DNA from: Candidatus Moraniibacteriota bacterium | GTDB lineage: Bacteria > Patescibacteriota > Minisyncoccia > Moranbacterales > UBA1568 | Assembly (NCBI GenBank): GCA_052035095.1 | Contig: JBPOHW010000002.1 | Coordinates: 11,405 to 75,404 of the forward strand | DNA: 64,000 nucleotides | Reading direction: 5' to 3' | In this document: positions 60,236 through 64,000 of the stretch, piece by piece | Position numbering within the stretch: the stretch's first letter is position 1 | Layout of the letters: each line of letters begins with the position of its first letter | Made by a program: the position numbers and the translations under genes | The notes under the pieces: generated by a model | Databases searched by the model: none | What the model was told of the DNA's origin: nothing | The model's input: the letters and a program-made list of their open reading frames with translations, nothing else

Positions 60236-61000
60236 CTATTTTGCTTGTTTATCTCGATTCACCCACTTCCATGCCAATTCAAATATAGTGCGAAAAGATT
60301 GAGCGATTTCCTTGTCTTCTATCACTACTCCCATAAGCCTATCTTTGAATGAGGCGATGCGCACCTTGTCTTCGTAAAAAGCGATATCGCAACTCACAGG
60401 AAAATCTTTAGCAGGAAGACGAATCATTTCAGCGTTTTCAACACCTTCCAAATCTCCCTTTTCTCGAGTATAAATCGTTTTCGTTGTAATCTTATTTCCC
60501 AACCTTTCCTTTCTAATGTGAATAAGGTCATCTGGAGTTATTGCCTGCTCAATAACATCACGTGAAAAAACATTGAAGAGTTGCTGATTCTTGCTTGATT
60601 TCATGTGCTCCAGTGTCATCGTTAATATCCCATCTTTCCCTTCGTAGTACTTCACTACCGGCTTGTCTTTGTTGCGGTTGTTGATGGATTGGAGCTCGGG
60701 AAGGAGACGCTTGAATTGTTCTTCGCGAAGTTCCAGTTCCTTACGTTCCTTGGCGATAAGGTCGAGGATGCGCTCCGGCATTTCCGCCATAAAGAACTGC
60801 TTCTTCCCTTGGTAGTAGCTCGACATCAAACCACGCTCCATCAGCCCTTCGATAATAAAATACGTCGTCGGGCGCTTGATGCCCGCCTTCGCCGAAATCT
60901 TCTGCACCGTCGCCTGTCCCAGTTCGAGTGAGGCGAGGTACACCTTTGCCTCTTTCTCATTGAGACCGAGTGACTGGATATCTTTCTGGATCATAGACAT
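60236..61000 (-). CDS. TrmB-family HTH regulator
   Basis: LGLNEKEAKVYLASLELG, IKRPTTY, PVVKYYEG. Confidence 0.88.
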   Translation of the reverse strand: MSMIQKDIQSLGLNEKEAKVYLASLELGQATVQKISAKAGIKRPTTYFIIEGLMERGLMSSYYQGKKQFFMAEMPERILDLIAKERKELELREEQFKRLLPELQSINNRNKDKPVVKYYEGKDGILTMTLEHMKSSKNQQLFNVFSRDVIEQAITPDDLIHIRKERLGNKITTKTIYTREKGDLEGVENAEMIRLPAKDFPVSCDIAFYEDKVRIASFKDRLMGVVIEDKEIAQSFRTIFELAWKWVNRDKQAK

Positions 61001-61048
61001 AGAATTAAAGTGAGTCCGCTCCTCCACCGGACGTGCAATTATCGCAAA

Positions 61049-62092
61049 TTAGTATCGTTTTGTCAAGTGTCGAATGGCTTTTATGACAAACATTTTTGAC
61101 AGAGCAATAATCCTATAGGCGTAAAATCGGCTCGGTATAAGCACTCTATCATAACTTCCCGGATACTGAACAGTCTTGACACTTTCCGCAAATCCCCGCT
61201 TAAATCGCGTGACGCCCGCAAGCGTCGGACGCGTTCCTGTCGTGTCGACACCTCCCATATCATATCGGGTACACCCGCGCCGCCGCGCCTCCTGTATCGC
61301 CCGAAATTGAAGCAAAAACGGCGCCATACACCCGCGATCATCGTTTGACGAGGCGCCATGGAGATACGTCGCCGTATCGCCGAAAAACGAAACAAGAATC
61401 GCCGCAAGCGCCTTCCCCTTATGCCGCGCCACCAAGAGCTCCAGCGACTCCCGCGGAAACGTTTCAAAAAAAGTACGGTAGTGTTTCTCGGAATGCGCCG
61501 CAATGCCGTTTCGCTTCGCCGTCTCTTGAATCATCCGAAGTAATTCCCGAATCGCCGCCTCATCACGCTCAAGCGACACCGAGACACCGCGTTTCTCGGC
61601 AAGGCGCACATTGTAGCGCGTTTTCGCCTTCATACCCGCCAAAATTTCCTCTTCACTTTTTGAAATATCCACCACCAAAATTTCCCGCGGTTGCATATCA
61701 TGAAGCGCTCGACGCACTCCATGCAGCTTCGACCACTCCCGAATCACTGCGAGTTCCCCCTCATCCTTCGGCTCCACACGCACCCACCCTACCCCCTGCT
61801 TCTTCGCCTCTTGAAGCATCTCCTCCCAAACATTTTTTGCCGACCGCTGACCGCTGACTGCTGACTGCTGATTGCTGATTGCTGACTGCTGAAGTATCGG
61901 CCCCCTCGGCACATACCAGTATTTCCCGATAATCGGAAGCCGGCGTTCAATCACATTTGCCCACAATCCCTCGCCCTCGAAGTGCGCTGTATAAGATCCC
62001 TCCCGCTCCTCGAGCGCGCGCCACTCCTCCGATTGGAGAAATCCCCCGTCGGGACAGTTTCTATTGAGCCATGAAATGCGTTCCTGATTCAT
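61049..62092 (-). CDS. FemABX-family peptidoglycan peptidyltransferase
   Basis: FLQSEEW, YVPRGP, KTRYNVRLA, YLHGAS, YDMGG, FKRGF. Confidence 0.9.
   Translation of the reverse strand: MNQERISWLNRNCPDGGFLQSEEWRALEEREGSYTAHFEGEGLWANVIERRLPIIGKYWYVPRGPILQQSAISNQQSAVSGQRSAKNVWEEMLQEAKKQGVGWVRVEPKDEGELAVIREWSKLHGVRRALHDMQPREILVVDISKSEEEILAGMKAKTRYNVRLAEKRGVSVSLERDEAAIRELLRMIQETAKRNGIAAHSEKHYRTFFETFPRESLELLVARHKGKALAAILVSFFGDTATYLHGASSNDDRGCMAPFLLQFRAIQEARRRGCTRYDMGGVDTTGTRPTLAGVTRFKRGFAESVKTVQYPGSYDRVLIPSRFYAYRIIALSKMFVIKAIRHLTKRY
61839..61894. repeat. Intragenic heptamer repeat (GCTGAYY) about x8
   Basis: Inside femAB-like gene, translated as QQSAISNQQSAVSGQRSA. Confidence 0.9.
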
Positions 62093-62136
62093 GTGCCTTA
62101 TTCCTAATTCTTCATTCCTCATTCTTCATTCTATCC

Positions 62137-62712
62137 CTATCGTTTCTTCCCCAACACCTTGAGAAGCGCACCAATCTTCTCCTCAACGCGAGAGAGTCCC
62201 GGCGGCAAAAGCTTCATCGCCTCGCGCACCTCGCTTGGCGCATAGCCCATCGACGAAAGCGCCTCGATTGTTTCACTCTCTTCTGTCGCACCTTTGATAC
62301 CGGCTTCCGTAAGCGTCCCCACTTTGTTCTCGAGATCGAGAATGATGCGCTCGGCGGTTCGCTTCCCCACTCCCGAGATGCGCGTGAGAATAGACGTGTC
62401 TTTTCCGACAACCGCGGCACGAATGGAAGCGGGCTCCGCGACCGAGAGAATGCCGAGCGCCATCTTGGGACCGACGCCATTCACGGAGATGAGGAGCTCA
62501 AACATCGAGAGTTCCCCCTCATCAAGGAAGCCATAGAGCGTGATCGCGTCTTCGCGCACGTTTGTAAATATATGAAAACGCACCGAAGACGCTCCGGCGA
62601 TTTTCCCGAGCGTATAGGGCGTGAGATGTACTTTGTATCCGACGCCACCCGCCATCACCACCGCCGATTCATGACGGATCGCCGCAATCGGACCTTCAAG
62701 GAGAGCGATCAT
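62137..62712 (-). CDS. ruvA: Holliday junction DNA helicase subunit RuvA
   Basis: MIALLEG, GGVGY, VREDA.TLYGF, VNGVGPK, GVGKRTAERI. Confidence 0.96.
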   Translation of the reverse strand: MIALLEGPIAAIRHESAVVMAGGVGYKVHLTPYTLGKIAGASSVRFHIFTNVREDAITLYGFLDEGELSMFELLISVNGVGPKMALGILSVAEPASIRAAVVGKDTSILTRISGVGKRTAERIILDLENKVGTLTEAGIKGATEESETIEALSSMGYAPSEVREAMKLLPPGLSRVEEKIGALLKVLGKKR

Positions 62713-62859
62713 AGGAGAATTCATTCGCTGTTGTAGAGACGCAAAATTTTTCGTCTCTACTGTATCACGGAAGCCTTCCCCTTGCCAAAAAGCAAACCGC
62801 ATGATACAAGAAATATGGTAACAATTTTCTTCTTTAACAACCGAGGAAGAGGTGTTTCA

Positions 62860-63444
62860 ATGACCAACCTTATAGTCTCGCGCCATCCATTCGGATGGGA
62901 CGTTCTTCAATTTTTTCCTCACCTCAATAGGGATGATATTTTTCAGGCAACTGTCCAAAACGGAGAAGGTGTAGAACAACTTGTGCAGTACATGGATGCA
63001 TCGCAATCGGGGCTACTTGAAACATGGGCAAAGCGATACATCTCCCAAGGGGTGACACCGCTTCTTGCTACCGCGATCCCTCTCGACAATCACTGGGCGT
63101 GGAACATGCTGAGCGATCCCTATGCTTACTTCGGCGAAAGAGATGGCGATTGTGTTAGAGAACAAGTAGTACAAAAATTGTGGAAGTATGTACACTACTA
63201 TTCACCACCATACGTCAAGCGAGCCATGATCGCACACATCGAGCTTGGGTGTAGAAATTATCCCGAGGCTACTAGGGCGGCGGATTTTTCCTTGTGCGAG
63301 TGGCAAATACCTGATTTTGGCACTCTTTTCATGAATAACCGTGAAAAAGCACTTCCAACACTCCTTGAAACTGCGCGCCAAAAAGCACAACTCCTCGTAT
63401 CCATTTTGGAGGAACACAAGAAGCAACAAAGCACTGCCAACTGA
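62860..63444 (+). CDS. Hypothetical protein
   Basis: SD AGAGGTG before MTNLIV; 194 aa; no recognised motif. Confidence 0.6.
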   Translation: MTNLIVSRHPFGWDVLQFFPHLNRDDIFQATVQNGEGVEQLVQYMDASQSGLLETWAKRYISQGVTPLLATAIPLDNHWAWNMLSDPYAYFGERDGDCVREQVVQKLWKYVHYYSPPYVKRAMIAHIELGCRNYPEATRAADFSLCEWQIPDFGTLFMNNREKALPTLLETARQKAQLLVSILEEHKKQQSTAN

Positions 63445-63550
63445 CTCTTCAGTCCGTTTGTGCAATGGGGGGTCCCTGATAGACTCCCTTTTTCTTGCTA
63501 TTTTTTCAATATATTGCTATAAGGAAGAGTATTCATTTAATTCGCATCTT

Positions 63551-63823
63551 ATGCCTATCAAGAATTCCGCCAAGAAATATATGCGCGTCACCGCGCGAAA
63601 GACCGAGCGAAACAGAGCCGCGAAAGGAGTCGTCAAAGGCGCCATCAAGAAAACACGCGAAGCCGTGAAGAGCAATGACCTCACCACCGCTCAGACGGAG
63701 CTCAAGCTCGCTATCAAGAGTCTCGACAAGGCGGTTGAGAAGAACATCATCAAGAAAAACACCGCCGCCCGCAAAAAGTCGCGCCTCAACGCCCTCGTCA
63801 AGAAGGCAGTCCTTGGGAAGTAG
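63551..63823 (+). CDS. rpsT: 30S ribosomal protein bS20
   Basis: MPIKNSAKK, LDKA, KKNTAARKKSRL. Confidence 0.96.
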   Translation: MPIKNSAKKYMRVTARKTERNRAAKGVVKGAIKKTREAVKSNDLTTAQTELKLAIKSLDKAVEKNIIKKNTAARKKSRLNALVKKAVLGK

Positions 63824-63902
63824 ACACCATTCGTTTCGATTTCACCGACAAGAAAAATCCCCAGCCAACCGGTCGGGGATTTCGTGTGTTCTCGAACAAT
63901 AT

Positions 63903-64000
63903 TTATCGCGCTTCAACAAGGTACTTTCGCATGGTTAGCACCGCGATGAAAACAACTCCCATCGCCGCGATCGGAAGATAAAAGAACCGTTCAATATCGG
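63903..64000 (-). CDS. C-terminal end of a membrane protein (partial)
   Basis: DIERFFYLPIAAMGVVFIAVLTMRKYLVEAR-stop at window edge. Confidence 0.5.
   Translation of the reverse strand, partial: DIERFFYLPIAAMGVVFIAVLTMRKYLVEAR

Overview
64 kb of core chromosome from a Patescibacteria/CPR bacterium (Parcubacteria-like, possibly Ca. Moranbacteria; inferred from gene content, absence of rpmD and SD-less starts). Bases 1-15.2 kb hold tuf plus the S10-spc ribosomal superoperon, secY, adk, map, ruvX and a GT2 gene, all on the minus strand, with palindromic mini-elements and 7-bp repeats in the spacers. Bases 15.4-37.4 kb are an accessory region downstream of tRNA-Asn(GTT). Its right end is an ~8.9-kb integrated element (large serine recombinase reading into the tRNA, Xis-like HTH, rolling-circle Rep, wHTH, Zn-ribbon membrane protein with a structured leader, nuclease-TPR-PIN protein). 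Its left part is a co-oriented array of recombinase-less cargo units separated by repeated att-like sites that mimic the tRNA 3' end, and it closes with a candidate ~350-nt structured ncRNA. Bases 37.5-64 kb hold hypC, rpoD, a full Rrf2-suf operon (with two copies of a 150-bp element whose closing stems covary), a 2-oxoacid:ferredoxin oxidoreductase, xseAB, an ABC transporter, murE, femAB-like, ruvA and rpsT. The top hypothesis is an integron-like cassette array built by a tRNA-targeting serine recombinase whose attP lies inside its own 3' end. All calls come from reading the sequence by eye; no database searches were run.
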